From Acidimicrobiia bacterium (GTDB taxonomy: Bacteria > Actinomycetota > Acidimicrobiia > Acidimicrobiales > CADCSY01), in the NCBI GenBank assembly GCA_050249235.1, contig JBFWQW010000008.1, positions 1 to 57,853 on the forward strand: 57,853 nucleotides of DNA. Direction: 5' to 3'. Below, in pieces: positions 17,148 through 27,057 of the stretch. How positions within the stretch are numbered: position 1 is the stretch's first letter; every line of letters begins with the position of its first letter. The position numbers and the translations under genes were made by a program. The notes beneath the pieces were generated by a model that was not told the DNA's origin, did no database searches, and saw only the letters and a program-made list of their open reading frames with translations.

Positions 17148-18031
17148 TGCCGAGGTTCGGCGCCGTGCTGACGGCGATGGTCACCCCCTTCCGGGACGAC
17201 CTCTCGCTCGACCTGGACGGCGCCGCCGCCCTGGCTCGATGGCTGGTCGACCATGGCAGCGACGGCCTGGTGGTCGGCGGCACGACGGGGGAGGCCCCGA
17301 CCCTCTCGGTCGAGGAGCACCTCGACTTGGCCCGGGCGGTGCGGGAGGCGGTCACCGTCCCGGTGATCGTCGGCACCGGGAGCAACGACACCGCCCATGC
17401 CGTCGAGATGACGAGGCGGGCCGCCGCCCTCGGGGCCGACGCCGCACTGGTCGTGGGGCCGTACTACAACCGGCCGCCCCAGGCCGGCCTCGAGGCCCAC
17501 TTCCGGGCCGTCGCCGCGGCCAGCCCCGACCTGCCGATCGTCGTCTACGACGTGCCCGGCCGCACCGCCCGCCGCATCGGCCACGAGGTCCTGGTCCGCC
17601 TGGCCACGGAGGTGCCGAACATCGTGGCCTTCAAGGACGCCACCGGCGATCCGGCGTCCACGGCCCGCGTCGTGGCCGACACGCCCGAGGTGTTCGAGGT
17701 CTACTGCGGCGACGACTCGCTCGTCCTTCCCATGCTCGCGGTCGGCGCGGTCGGGCTGATCGGGGTGGCCACCCACTGGGCCGGACCCGAGGTCGCCGAG
17801 CTGATCGCGGCCCACGGCAAGGGCGACCTGGCCCGGGCCCGGGAGGTCAATGCCCGCCTCATCCCGTCCTACGACTACTCCAACGACGAGGTGGTGGTCT
17901 TCTCGATGGCGGCCAAGGCGATGCTGCGCAGCCTCGGCCTGGCGGTCGGTGAGTGCCGCCTCCCGCTCGGCCCGGCACCGGCAGGTACCGAGGATCGGGC
18001 CCGGAGGGTGTACGAAACCCTCCGTGGCTGA
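17147..18031 (+). CDS. dapA: 4-hydroxy-tetrahydrodipicolinate synthase
   Basis: TAMVTPF, GGTTGE, GTGSNDT, PYYNRP, VYDVPGRT, FKDA, YCGDD. Confidence 0.95.
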   Translation: MPRFGAVLTAMVTPFRDDLSLDLDGAAALARWLVDHGSDGLVVGGTTGEAPTLSVEEHLDLARAVREAVTVPVIVGTGSNDTAHAVEMTRRAAALGADAALVVGPYYNRPPQAGLEAHFRAVAAASPDLPIVVYDVPGRTARRIGHEVLVRLATEVPNIVAFKDATGDPASTARVVADTPEVFEVYCGDDSLVLPMLAVGAVGLIGVATHWAGPEVAELIAAHGKGDLARAREVNARLIPSYDYSNDEVVVFSMAAKAMLRSLGLAVGECRLPLGPAPAGTEDRARRVYETLRG

Positions 18032-19721
18032 ACCTTCGAGCACCCCGCCCGCCCCGTCAGGCGGCAACCCCCCCGTCCGCGTCACCTTCCTCGGGGGCCT
18101 CGGCGAGATCGGGCGCAACTGCGCCGCCCTCGAGATCGAGGGCAAGATCCTGCTGATCGACTGCGGCCTGATGTTCCCCGACCCCGACATGCTCGGGATC
18201 GATCTCGTCCTCCCCGACTTCTCCTGGTTGCACGAACGGGCCGACGACCTCGTCGGCTGCGTGCTCACCCACGGCCACGAGGACCATGCCGGCGGTCTCT
18301 CCTTCCTCCTGCGCGACCTCTCGTTCCCGATCTGGGGCTCGGCCCTCACGCTCGGCCTGGCCCGCAACCGGATCGAGGAGGCCGGCCTGCTGGGCCGGAC
18401 CGAGCTGATCACCGTCGAGGACGGCGAGCGGCGCATGATCGGGCCCTTCGACGTCGAGTTCATCCCCGTCACGCACTCCGTCCCGCAGGGCTTCGCCCTC
18501 GCCTTCCACACGCCCCAGGGCGTCATCGTCCACTCCGGCGACTGGAAGCTCGACCTCACGCCCATCGACGGCCGGCTCACCGACATCGGCCGCATCGGCG
18601 CCCTCGAGGTCGGGCACGGCGTCCGGCTCCTGCTCGCCGACTCCACCAACGCCGAGTCGCAGGGCCACACCCGGTCCGAGCGCTCGATCGGCGAGTCGCT
18701 GCGCCGCCTCTTCGACGAGAACCGCGACCGCCGCATCGTGGTCGCCTGCTTCGCGTCCCACCTCCACCGTGTCCAGCAGATCGCCGACATCGCCGTCGAG
18801 CAGGGCCGCACCATCGCCACGCTCGGCCTGTCGATGAAGAAGAACATCAAGCTGGCCCGGGACATGGGGCTGCTCACGATCCCCGACGGGTCGGTGTGCG
18901 ACATCGCCGACCTCGACGAGGTGGCGCCCGAGAAGGTGTGCGTGATCTCCACGGGCTCGCAGGGCGAGCCCATGTCGGCGCTCACCCGCATGGCCTCGAG
19001 CGACAACAAGTGGATCCAGATCGGGCCCCGGGACACCGTGATCCTGTCCTCGCACCCGATCCCCGGCAACGAGTCGTCGGTCGGTCGGGTCATCGACGGC
19101 CTGCACCGCCTGGGGGCCAACGTCATCCACTCCGGCATCGCCGACGTTCACGTCAGCGGGCACGCCAAGCAGGAGGAGCTGAAGACGCTGCTCTCCCTGG
19201 CCCGGCCGGAGTGGTTCGTCCCGGTCCACGGCGAGTACCGCCACCTGGTGCACCACGCCCGCCTCGGCCGCGAGATGGGCGTCGAGCCGGGGAACATCCT
19301 GCTCTCGCTCGACGGCGACCAGCTCGAGCTCACCGACGACGGGCTCACCAAGATCGGGGAGGTGCCGGCCGGCTACCTCTTCGTCGACGGCACCGGCCTG
19401 GGCGATGTCGGCCACGGGGTGCTGCGCGACCGCCGGATCCTCGCCGAGGAGGGGGTGGTCGTGGTGATCGTGACGGTCGACGTCAAGACGGGCGAGCTGG
19501 TGGCCGGGCCCGAGATCATCACCCGGGGCTGGATCCACGCGCCCGAGGCCGAGGACCTGCTCGAGGAGGCCCGCCAGGTCGTGCTGGCGGCGCTGCTGGC
19601 CGCCGAGGACACCGGCGACGTCGAGGCCCTCCGCCGCCACGCCCGCAAGGCCCTCGGCACGTTCGTCGCCCAGCGCACCCGCCGCCGGCCGATGATCGTG
19701 CCCGTGATCATGGAGGCCTAG
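18024..19721 (+). CDS. rnj: Ribonuclease J
   Basis: LGGLGEIGRN, THGHEDHAG, THSVP, DSTNA, TGSQGEP, HVSGHA, PVHGEYRH, RRPMIVPVI. Confidence 0.96.
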   Translation: MAEPSSTPPAPSGGNPPVRVTFLGGLGEIGRNCAALEIEGKILLIDCGLMFPDPDMLGIDLVLPDFSWLHERADDLVGCVLTHGHEDHAGGLSFLLRDLSFPIWGSALTLGLARNRIEEAGLLGRTELITVEDGERRMIGPFDVEFIPVTHSVPQGFALAFHTPQGVIVHSGDWKLDLTPIDGRLTDIGRIGALEVGHGVRLLLADSTNAESQGHTRSERSIGESLRRLFDENRDRRIVVACFASHLHRVQQIADIAVEQGRTIATLGLSMKKNIKLARDMGLLTIPDGSVCDIADLDEVAPEKVCVISTGSQGEPMSALTRMASSDNKWIQIGPRDTVILSSHPIPGNESSVGRVIDGLHRLGANVIHSGIADVHVSGHAKQEELKTLLSLARPEWFVPVHGEYRHLVHHARLGREMGVEPGNILLSLDGDQLELTDDGLTKIGEVPAGYLFVDGTGLGDVGHGVLRDRRILAEEGVVVVIVTVDVKTGELVAGPEIITRGWIHAPEAEDLLEEARQVVLAALLAAEDTGDVEALRRHARKALGTFVAQRTRRRPMIVPVIMEA

Positions 19722-19841
19722 GCAGCCCGTTCCCGTTCCTTGTCGACTCCGCCGGGATCGTTCCTGCCCGGTCGACAGCGAGCGGGGGATCGGGCCCGCT
19801 CCCCTGGCCCCGGTGTGGCGGTTGTTACGGTTGGGGGCACT

Positions 19842-22190
19842 GTGGCGACGACGAGACGGGCCCCGGCGCGGGCGGGCAGGCGGCGGGGAGCCAAGGGTCG
19901 GGCCAGGGCCCGGCCGCGCGTCGCCGGTCCCCTCCCCCGCGAACACCGGGCCGAGCTCTGGGGGGCGGCGCTCCTGCTGGCCGCCGTGCTGGCCGGGCTC
20001 GGGATCTGGGCCGACCTGGCCGGGCCCTTCGGGCGGGGCGCCCGCGACCTCGCCGACGCCGCCGTCGGCGGCGGGCGGGTGCTCGCCCCGGTGCTCCTGG
20101 CGTGGATCGGGGGGATGCTCATCCGCGGCGAGGCCGAGGACCGCCGCCGCATCACGCTGTCGCTCGGTCTCGGCTTGGTGGCCGGCACGGGGCTGTCCCA
20201 CCTCGTCGGCGAGGGCGCCGGCGGGGCCCTCGGGCGCCTCGTCGCCGACCCGATGGCCCGGGTGGTCGGCGACTGGGGGAGCGCGGCCGTCCTCGTCGCC
20301 GTCGGGCTCGCCGCCCTCCTGCTGTTCACCCGCACGGCGCCCCGGGCCGCCGCCGTGCACGTGGGTCGGGTGGCGGGGGCGATCGGCGACGGCATCGGCC
20401 GGGGCCTGCGCTGGCTCGAGTCGATCGGCGCCGACGACGACGAGGACGACGCCGACCTCGGCGCCCTCGACGCCGACGACCGCGACCCGCGCCCGCCCAT
20501 GTGGCTCGGCGGCCACGTCGACGGGTCCGAGGGCGCCGACGCGGACGACGCGGACGAGGTGGACGACGACGACACCGAGGTCGTCGACGTGCGCGACGCG
20601 CCCCGGGCCGGGGGCGTCGCCATCGACCCGCCGCCGATGGTCGACCCCACCCAGCTCGCCATCGACCTCGGCCCGGCCGGCCGGCCCGGACCGTGGAAGC
20701 TGCCCCCGCTCACGCTGCTCGAGCGGGGCGAGCGCCAGAAGGTCGACCAGCGCAAGGTCGAGGAGCGGGGTCGGATCCTCGAGCACGCCCTCGCCGCCCA
20801 CGGCGTGGAGACCAGGCTGGTCGGGGCCACGGTCGGCCCGACCGTCACCCGCTTCGAGCTCGAGCTCGGCGCCGGGGTGAAGGTCAACCGGGTGACCAGC
20901 CTCCAGAAGGACATCGCCTACGCGATGGCCTCGCCGGACGTCCGCCTCCTCGCGCCCATCCCCGGCCGGTCGGCCATCGGCGTCGAGGTGCCCAACGACG
21001 ACCGCCAGCTCGTCGCCCTCGGCGACATCCTCGCCAGCGAGGAGGCCAGGCGGGCCACGCACCCCTGCGAGGTGGCGCTCGGCCGCGACATCAGCGGCCG
21101 GGCGGTGATGGCCAACCTGGCCGAGATGCCCCACATCCTCATCGCCGGGGCCACCGGCGCCGGGAAGTCGAGCTGCATCAACAGCCTCATCACCTCGCTG
21201 CTGGTGCGCACCACGCCCGAGCAGCTCCGGATGATCCTCATCGACCCGAAGCGGGTCGAGCTCGGCCAGTACAACGGCCTGCCCCACCTCCTCACGTCTG
21301 TCGTCGTGAACCCGAAGAAGGCGGCCAACGCGCTGTCGTGGGCGGTCAAGGAGATGGAGCGCCGCTACGACCTGCTCTCCGAGGTCGGGGTGCGCGACAT
21401 CACCGGCTACAACGGGATGTACGACGCCGGCGACCTGCGGACCGAGGCCAGGGCCGAGGGCGTCGACGACCCGGGCGAACCGATCTACGAGCGCCTGCCC
21501 TTCATCGTGATCGTCGTCGACGAGCTCAACGACCTGATGATGGTGGCGGCGCGCGACGTCGAGGACTCGATCTGCCGCATCGCCCAGATGGCTCGGGCCG
21601 TGGGCATCCACCTCGTGATCGCCACGCAGCGCCCGTCGGTGAACGTCATCACCGGCGTGATCAAGGCGAACGTGCCGGCCCGGCTGGCCTTCGCCGTCTC
21701 GAGCCTCGCCGACAGCCGGGTGATCCTCGACCAGCAGGGCGCCGAGCGCCTGATCGGCCGGGGCGACATGCTCCTGCTCGGGCCGGCCTCGTCGGTGCCC
21801 CGCCGCATCCAGGGCGCCTGGGTGGGGGAGGACGAGGTCCGCAAGATCGTGGCCCACTGGGGCAAGCAGCACCAGGCCGTCGAGTCGCTCGACGAGGTCA
21901 CCGTGCTCGGCGCCGACGACGACGACCTGGTGCAGGGCGGCTCGTCGGGCGGGGGCGACGATGACGACGACGACCTCCTCTGGCAGGCGATGGAGCTGAT
22001 CGTGCGCTCCCAGCTGGGCTCCACCTCGATGCTCCAGCGCAAGCTCCGGGTCGGCTTCTCCCGGGCCGGGCGGCTCATGGACCTGCTCGAGCAGCGGGGG
22101 GTGGTGGGTCCGTCGATCGGCTCGAAGGCACGCGACGTGCTGATGACGGTCGACGAGCTCGAGGCCCTCCTCGCCGGTTCCGACACCTGA
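19842..22190 (+). CDS. ftsK: DNA translocase FtsK
   Basis: N-terminal TM segments, GATGAGKS, IDPKRVEL, VDELNDLMM, ATQRPSV, gamma domain SMLQRKLRVGFSRAGR; start inferred. Confidence 0.95.
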   Translation: MATTRRAPARAGRRRGAKGRARARPRVAGPLPREHRAELWGAALLLAAVLAGLGIWADLAGPFGRGARDLADAAVGGGRVLAPVLLAWIGGMLIRGEAEDRRRITLSLGLGLVAGTGLSHLVGEGAGGALGRLVADPMARVVGDWGSAAVLVAVGLAALLLFTRTAPRAAAVHVGRVAGAIGDGIGRGLRWLESIGADDDEDDADLGALDADDRDPRPPMWLGGHVDGSEGADADDADEVDDDDTEVVDVRDAPRAGGVAIDPPPMVDPTQLAIDLGPAGRPGPWKLPPLTLLERGERQKVDQRKVEERGRILEHALAAHGVETRLVGATVGPTVTRFELELGAGVKVNRVTSLQKDIAYAMASPDVRLLAPIPGRSAIGVEVPNDDRQLVALGDILASEEARRATHPCEVALGRDISGRAVMANLAEMPHILIAGATGAGKSSCINSLITSLLVRTTPEQLRMILIDPKRVELGQYNGLPHLLTSVVVNPKKAANALSWAVKEMERRYDLLSEVGVRDITGYNGMYDAGDLRTEARAEGVDDPGEPIYERLPFIVIVVDELNDLMMVAARDVEDSICRIAQMARAVGIHLVIATQRPSVNVITGVIKANVPARLAFAVSSLADSRVILDQQGAERLIGRGDMLLLGPASSVPRRIQGAWVGEDEVRKIVAHWGKQHQAVESLDEVTVLGADDDDLVQGGSSGGGDDDDDDLLWQAMELIVRSQLGSTSMLQRKLRVGFSRAGRLMDLLEQRGVVGPSIGSKARDVLMTVDELEALLAGSDT

Positions 22191-22264
22191 CCCGACCGCC
22201 GCGCCGTCCGAGTGGGCCGGGACCGGAATCGACCGGCCGGGCCGCGGTCGGCCACGATGCCGGG

Positions 22265-22993
22265 ATGACCTCCCCCCATCGGTTCACGTCCCGGAGCGGC
22301 GTGAACGTCCACTACCTCGACAACGACCCGCCCGAGCCGGTGGGCCTGCCGGTGGTCTTCTCGCCGGGCATCGTCGACGCCGCCGACGACTACCTCCCGA
22401 TGATGGAGTTCATGGCGCCGCGACGGGTGGTCGTGGTCGACGTGCGGGGCCGGGGCCGGAGCGAGTCGCCGACCACCGGCTACTCGCTCGACGAGCTGGC
22501 CACGGACCTCGAGGCCGTCGTGGACGAGTGCGGCTTCGACCGCTTCCACCTGATGACGTTCTCCCGGGGCACCCCGACCGCGCTCACGCTCGCGTTCCAC
22601 CGCCCCGAAGCGGTGGCCTCCCTCTCGGTCGGCGACTACCTGCTGCAGGAGGTGGGGCTGCCGCCCGAGTTCGTCGACCGCCAGATGAGCCTGACCTGGC
22701 GGGGCAAGGCCATGCCCGACCGGGTCGAGCGCCACGTCATCGAGGGGATCCAGCAGACGTCCCGGTCGCGCCCACTCTGGGACGACGTCGCCGCCCTGAA
22801 GATCCCGGTGCTCTTCGTCCGGGGCACCGGCGAGGGGGCCATGGGGTCCAGCGAGCAGGTGGTCGACCGCTACCGGGAGGCGCTCCCGGACGTCGAGGTC
22901 GTGAGCCTCGAGGGCGTGGGCCACGACCTCTTCCGCCCCGACCGGCTCGCCTACCCGGGCGCGGTGCTCGACTTCGTCGCCCGGCTGGGTTGA
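22265..22993 (+). CDS. Alpha/beta hydrolase
   Basis: VVFSPG, DVRGRGRS, nucleophile elbow TFSRG, PVLFVRG, GVGHD. Confidence 0.85.
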   Translation: MTSPHRFTSRSGVNVHYLDNDPPEPVGLPVVFSPGIVDAADDYLPMMEFMAPRRVVVVDVRGRGRSESPTTGYSLDELATDLEAVVDECGFDRFHLMTFSRGTPTALTLAFHRPEAVASLSVGDYLLQEVGLPPEFVDRQMSLTWRGKAMPDRVERHVIEGIQQTSRSRPLWDDVAALKIPVLFVRGTGEGAMGSSEQVVDRYREALPDVEVVSLEGVGHDLFRPDRLAYPGAVLDFVARLG

Positions 22994-23059
22994 TCCCCCG
23001 TGGCCCGTCCCGCCCGCCCCTCCGGCCGGATGGGGCGGGGCGGTAGCCTGCACGGCCTG

Positions 23060-24457
23060 ATGGCGACTCGTCGCGGCTCGAAGTCGTTCTTCGTGGAGAC
23101 CCTCGGCTGCCCGAAGAACCAGGTCGACAGCGACAAGCTCACCGGCACCCTGCTCGCCGACGGGATGGTCCCCACCGACGACCCGTCCGCCGCCGACCTG
23201 GTCGTCGTCAACACCTGCGCCTTCATCGAGTCGGCCAGGCAGGAGTCGATCGAGACCGTGCTGGCCCTGGCCGACGCCCGCCGGACCGGGGCCCGCCTGG
23301 TCGTCACCGGGTGCATGGCCGAGCGCTACGGCGACGAGCTGGCCGCCGCCCTGCCCGAGGTCGACGCCGTGGCCGGCTTCGGCGTGCCGGTCACGCTCGG
23401 CCGGTCGCGGCCGAGCGCAGCGGGGGGCGGGCCCACCCCGCCCGGGGCGCCCGGCTCCCGGTTCGACCTCCTCGAGCTGCCCCGGCCGCCGGCCGCCGCG
23501 CCGTGGGCCTACGTCAAGGTGGCCGAGGGGTGCGACCGGGCCTGCGGCTTCTGCGCCATCCCGAGCTTCCGGGGCCCCCAGCGCAGCCGGACGATCGAAT
23601 CGCTGCTGGCCGAGGTCGACGGCCTCGTCGACGGTGGCGTCCGTGAGGTCGTGCTCGTGGCCCAGGACCTGGCGTCGTTCGGCCGTGACCAGGGCGTCGG
23701 CCGGCGGGCCATCGTGGCCCTCGTCGACGCCGTGGCGGCCCGGGCCGACCGGGTGCGGCTGCTGTACCTCTATCCCTCGGAGCTGAGCGACCGGCTGGTG
23801 GACGCCGTGGCCGCCACCGGCGTGCCCTACTTCGACCTCTCGCTCCAGCACGTGTCGCGGCCGCTGCTGCGCCGGATGCGGCGCTGGGGCGACGGCGACC
23901 GCTTCCTCGCGCGCATCGACGCCATCCGTGCCGCCCATCCCGAGGCCGCCTTCCGGTCGAACTTCATCGTCGGCTACCCCGGCGAGACCGAGGCCGACCA
24001 CGACGCCCTCCTCGCCTTCGTCGAGGCGGCCCGGCTTGACTGGTGCGGCTTCTTTGCCTACTCGCCCGAGGACGGCACCTACGCCACGGGCCTCGACGGC
24101 ACCGTCGCCGGCCCGCTCGTCGCCGAGCGCCTGGTCGAGCTCACCGAGCGCCAGGACCGCATCACGTCGGAGCGGCGCGACCTGCTCGTCGGGCGCACGG
24201 TGGAGGTGCTCGTCGACGCCCCCGGGATCGGGCGAACCCACCGGGAGGCGCCCGAGATCGACGGCATCGTCCACCTGCCCACGACGCTGGCGGTGGGGTC
24301 GTTCGCCGAGGTGGTCGTCACGGGCGCGCTCGGGCCCGACCTCGACGCCGAGCCGGCCGTGGCGGCGGGCCATCCGGCGGCGGGCCGTCCGGCCGGCGCG
24401 GCCGGCGCGGCCGGCGGTCTCGTCGTCGCCGGGCGGGCACCGGGGGTGGGGCGGTGA
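23060..24457 (+). CDS. rimO: Ribosomal protein S12 methylthiotransferase
   Basis: LGCPKNQVDS, NTCAFI, CDRACGFC radical SAM motif, APEIDG TRAM-like C-terminus. Confidence 0.95.
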   Translation: MATRRGSKSFFVETLGCPKNQVDSDKLTGTLLADGMVPTDDPSAADLVVVNTCAFIESARQESIETVLALADARRTGARLVVTGCMAERYGDELAAALPEVDAVAGFGVPVTLGRSRPSAAGGGPTPPGAPGSRFDLLELPRPPAAAPWAYVKVAEGCDRACGFCAIPSFRGPQRSRTIESLLAEVDGLVDGGVREVVLVAQDLASFGRDQGVGRRAIVALVDAVAARADRVRLLYLYPSELSDRLVDAVAATGVPYFDLSLQHVSRPLLRRMRRWGDGDRFLARIDAIRAAHPEAAFRSNFIVGYPGETEADHDALLAFVEAARLDWCGFFAYSPEDGTYATGLDGTVAGPLVAERLVELTERQDRITSERRDLLVGRTVEVLVDAPGIGRTHREAPEIDGIVHLPTTLAVGSFAEVVVTGALGPDLDAEPAVAAGHPAAGRPAGAAGAAGGLVVAGRAPGVGR

Positions 24458-25005
24458 CCGACGTCTTCGGGCCCTCGGCCCTGGCCACGCCGGCCAACGC
24501 CGTCACGATCTCCCGGGTCCTGCTCACCCCGCTGCTGCTCGTGTCGATCGCCGGCACCGGGGCGTCGTGGCCGGGCCTCGCCCTCTGGGTCGCCCTGTCG
24601 GCGTCGGACGGCATCGACGGCTACCTGGCCCGCCGCCACGGCGTCACCCGGTCCGGGGCCTTCCTCGACCCGCTGGCCGACAAGTTCCTGGTCCTCGGGG
24701 CCATGGCCGTCCTCGTCGTCACGGACGTGTTCTGGTGGCTGCCGGTGGCGCTCGTCGCCGGGCGGGAGGTGGCGATGAGCCTCTACCGGTCGGTGGCCGG
24801 CCGGTCGGGGGTGTCGGTGCCGGCCAGGCGCTCGGCGAAGCTGAAGACGGTCGTGCAGGAGGTGGCGGTCGGGCTGGCCATCTGCCCGGCCTTCGAGGAC
24901 AACCCGCTCCTGGCGACGACCGTGCTCTGGGCCGCCACCGGGCTGACCCTGCTCACCGGCGCGCAGTACTGGACCGACGCCCGGCGCCACGCGCCGGCGG
25001 CTTGA
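24454..25005 (+). CDS. pgsA: CDP-diacylglycerol--glycerol-3-phosphate phosphatidyltransferase
   Basis: ANAVTISR, DGIDGYLARR..GAFLDPLADK; synteny rimO-pgsA-cinA. Confidence 0.92.
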   Translation: MTDVFGPSALATPANAVTISRVLLTPLLLVSIAGTGASWPGLALWVALSASDGIDGYLARRHGVTRSGAFLDPLADKFLVLGAMAVLVVTDVFWWLPVALVAGREVAMSLYRSVAGRSGVSVPARRSAKLKTVVQEVAVGLAICPAFEDNPLLATTVLWAATGLTLLTGAQYWTDARRHAPAA

Positions 25006-25028
25006 CCCGGACGCCGAGGTGGTCGCCC

Positions 25029-26261
25029 GTGCGCTGTGAGGTCGTGGCCGTCGGCACCGAGCTGCTGCTCGGCCAGGTCGTCGACACCAACTCGTCGTGG
25101 ATAGGCGAGCAGCTGGCGCTGGCCGGCATCGACTGCCTCCACCAGTCGAAGGTGGGCGACAACCACGGCCGCATCGTCGACGCCCTCCGCCTGGCCCTCG
25201 GCCGGTCGGACGCCGTGGTCGTGTGCGGCGGCCTCGGGCCCACCCAGGACGACATCACCCGGGAGGCGATCGCCGAGGTGATGGGCGTGCCCCTGGTGCG
25301 CGACGAGGGGGTCGTGACCGTGATCCGGGAGCGGTTCGCGGCCCGGGGCCGGGAGATGGCGGCGAGCAACCTGCGCCAGGCCGATGTCCCCGTCGGGGCG
25401 ACGGTCCTCACCCAGGTGGGCACGGCCCCGGGGCTGCGCTGCCCGGTGGGCGACAAGGTCGTCTACGCCGTGCCGGGCGTGCCGTACGAGATGCGCGAGA
25501 TCGTGGCGAGCGACGTCGTCCCCGACCTCCAGGCCCGCTCGGGCGAGCGCTCGACGATCGTGAGCCGGGTGGTGCGGACCTGGGGGATGGCGGAGTCCAC
25601 CCTGGCCGAGGTGGTGGCCGACCGGCTGGGCGCCGCCGACGGCGGTCCGCTCACGTACGCCTTCCTCGCGTCGGGGTGGGAGGGGATCAAGGTCCGCCTC
25701 ACCGCCAAGGCGGCGACGACGGAGGCGGCGGTGGCCGTCCTCGACGCCGAGGAGCGGGAGCTGCGGGCGCTGCTCGGCCCGGTGGTCTTCGGCGTCGACG
25801 ACGAGACGATGGAGCACGCCGTCGGTGCCCTGCTCGGTGCCCGCGGGCTCACCCTGGCGGTCGCCGAGTCGATGACGGGCGGGCTGGTGGCGAGCCGGCT
25901 GGTCGACGTGCCGGGGTCGAGCGACTGGTTCCTCGGCGGGGTGGTGTCCTACGCCAGCGAGGTGAAGTTCGACGTGCTGGGCGTGACGCCGGGTCCCGTC
26001 GTCTCGGCTCGCTGCGCCGAGGAGATGGCCGAGGGCGTGCGCCGACTGCTCGGGGCCGACGTCGGCCTGTCGGTCACCGGCGTGGCCGGGCCGGCCGCCC
26101 AGGAGGACCATCCCGTCGGCACCGTCTTCCTCGGCCTGGCCTCGGGCGAGGGCACCGAGGCGGTGCACCTGCAGCTCACCGGCGACCGCCTCCGCATCCG
26201 CCAGTTCGCCACGATCTCGCTGGTCGACCTGCTCCGCCGGCACCTGGCCGGGCTGCGCTGA
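25029..26261 (+). CDS. cinA: CinA competence/damage-inducible protein (MoCF domain plus NMN deamidase)
   Basis: VGTELLLG..DTNS, GGLGPTQDD, PGVP, AVAESMTGG, SVTGVAGP. Confidence 0.94.
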   Translation: MRCEVVAVGTELLLGQVVDTNSSWIGEQLALAGIDCLHQSKVGDNHGRIVDALRLALGRSDAVVVCGGLGPTQDDITREAIAEVMGVPLVRDEGVVTVIRERFAARGREMAASNLRQADVPVGATVLTQVGTAPGLRCPVGDKVVYAVPGVPYEMREIVASDVVPDLQARSGERSTIVSRVVRTWGMAESTLAEVVADRLGAADGGPLTYAFLASGWEGIKVRLTAKAATTEAAVAVLDAEERELRALLGPVVFGVDDETMEHAVGALLGARGLTLAVAESMTGGLVASRLVDVPGSSDWFLGGVVSYASEVKFDVLGVTPGPVVSARCAEEMAEGVRRLLGADVGLSVTGVAGPAAQEDHPVGTVFLGLASGEGTEAVHLQLTGDRLRIRQFATISLVDLLRRHLAGLR

Positions 26262-27013
26262 TGCCCGCCCAGCCGTCGACGGCGGGGGAGGAGCCCGACC
26301 CGCTGGCGGCGAGGCCCCTGCCGGGCGACACCGTCGGCCTGCTCGAGGGGCTCACCACCACGCGTGCCATCCGGCGCTACACCGACGACCCGGTGCCGGA
26401 GGACGCGCTGCGGGCCATCCTCTTCGCCGCCAGCCGGGCGCCCAGCGGCTCGAACCGCCAGCCCTTCCGCTTCCTCGTGCTGCGGGACGGGCCGAGGGCC
26501 CGGGAGGCGAAGCGGCTCATCGGCGAGGCGGCCCGGTCCAGCTGGGGCCTCAAGCGCTCGGTGGACAGCTACGACGAGGGCTCGGGCGCCCGGCGCGACT
26601 CGCGGAAGGCCCGGATGGCGGGCGTGATGGAGGCCTACGTCCGGGACTTCGAGTCCGTCCCCGTGCTCGTGCTGCCCTGCCTCGTGCGCTACCGGGCACC
26701 CACGCCGTTCGAGGGGGCATCGGTGTTCCCGGCCTGCCAGAACCTGCTCCTCGCGGCCCGGGCCCTCGGCTACGGCGGCGTGCTGACCGGGTGGCACGCC
26801 GGCGCCGAGCCGGCCCTGCGGGCCCTGCTCGGCATCCCGGACGAGGTCTTCGTGGCGGCCACCATCACCCTCGGCCGGCCCCGGGGCGGCCACGGCCCGG
26901 TGCGCCGGCGGCCCCTCCCCGAACTGGTCTACGAGGAGGGCTGGGGCGCGTCGCCGGCCTGGGCGGTCGACCCGCCCGGCACCGGGCACACGGCCGCCGG
27001 TCCGCCGCGCTGA
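26261..27013 (+). CDS. Nitroreductase family protein
   Basis: TRAIRRY, APSGSNRQPFRF, QNLLLAARALGYG; ATG overlaps cinA TGA. Confidence 0.9.
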   Translation: MPAQPSTAGEEPDPLAARPLPGDTVGLLEGLTTTRAIRRYTDDPVPEDALRAILFAASRAPSGSNRQPFRFLVLRDGPRAREAKRLIGEAARSSWGLKRSVDSYDEGSGARRDSRKARMAGVMEAYVRDFESVPVLVLPCLVRYRAPTPFEGASVFPACQNLLLAARALGYGGVLTGWHAGAEPALRALLGIPDEVFVAATITLGRPRGGHGPVRRRPLPELVYEEGWGASPAWAVDPPGTGHTAAGPPR

Positions 27014-27052
27014 GCGGTCCGCCGCGCTGAGCGGGGACGCCGCGCTGAGCGG
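26998..27052 (+). repeat. Three copies of CGCCGCGCTGAGCGG (17-18 bp period) including the nitroreductase stop
   Basis: Copies at 27003-27017, 27020-27034, 27038-27052. Confidence 0.88.
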
Positions 27053-27057
27053 GACGG

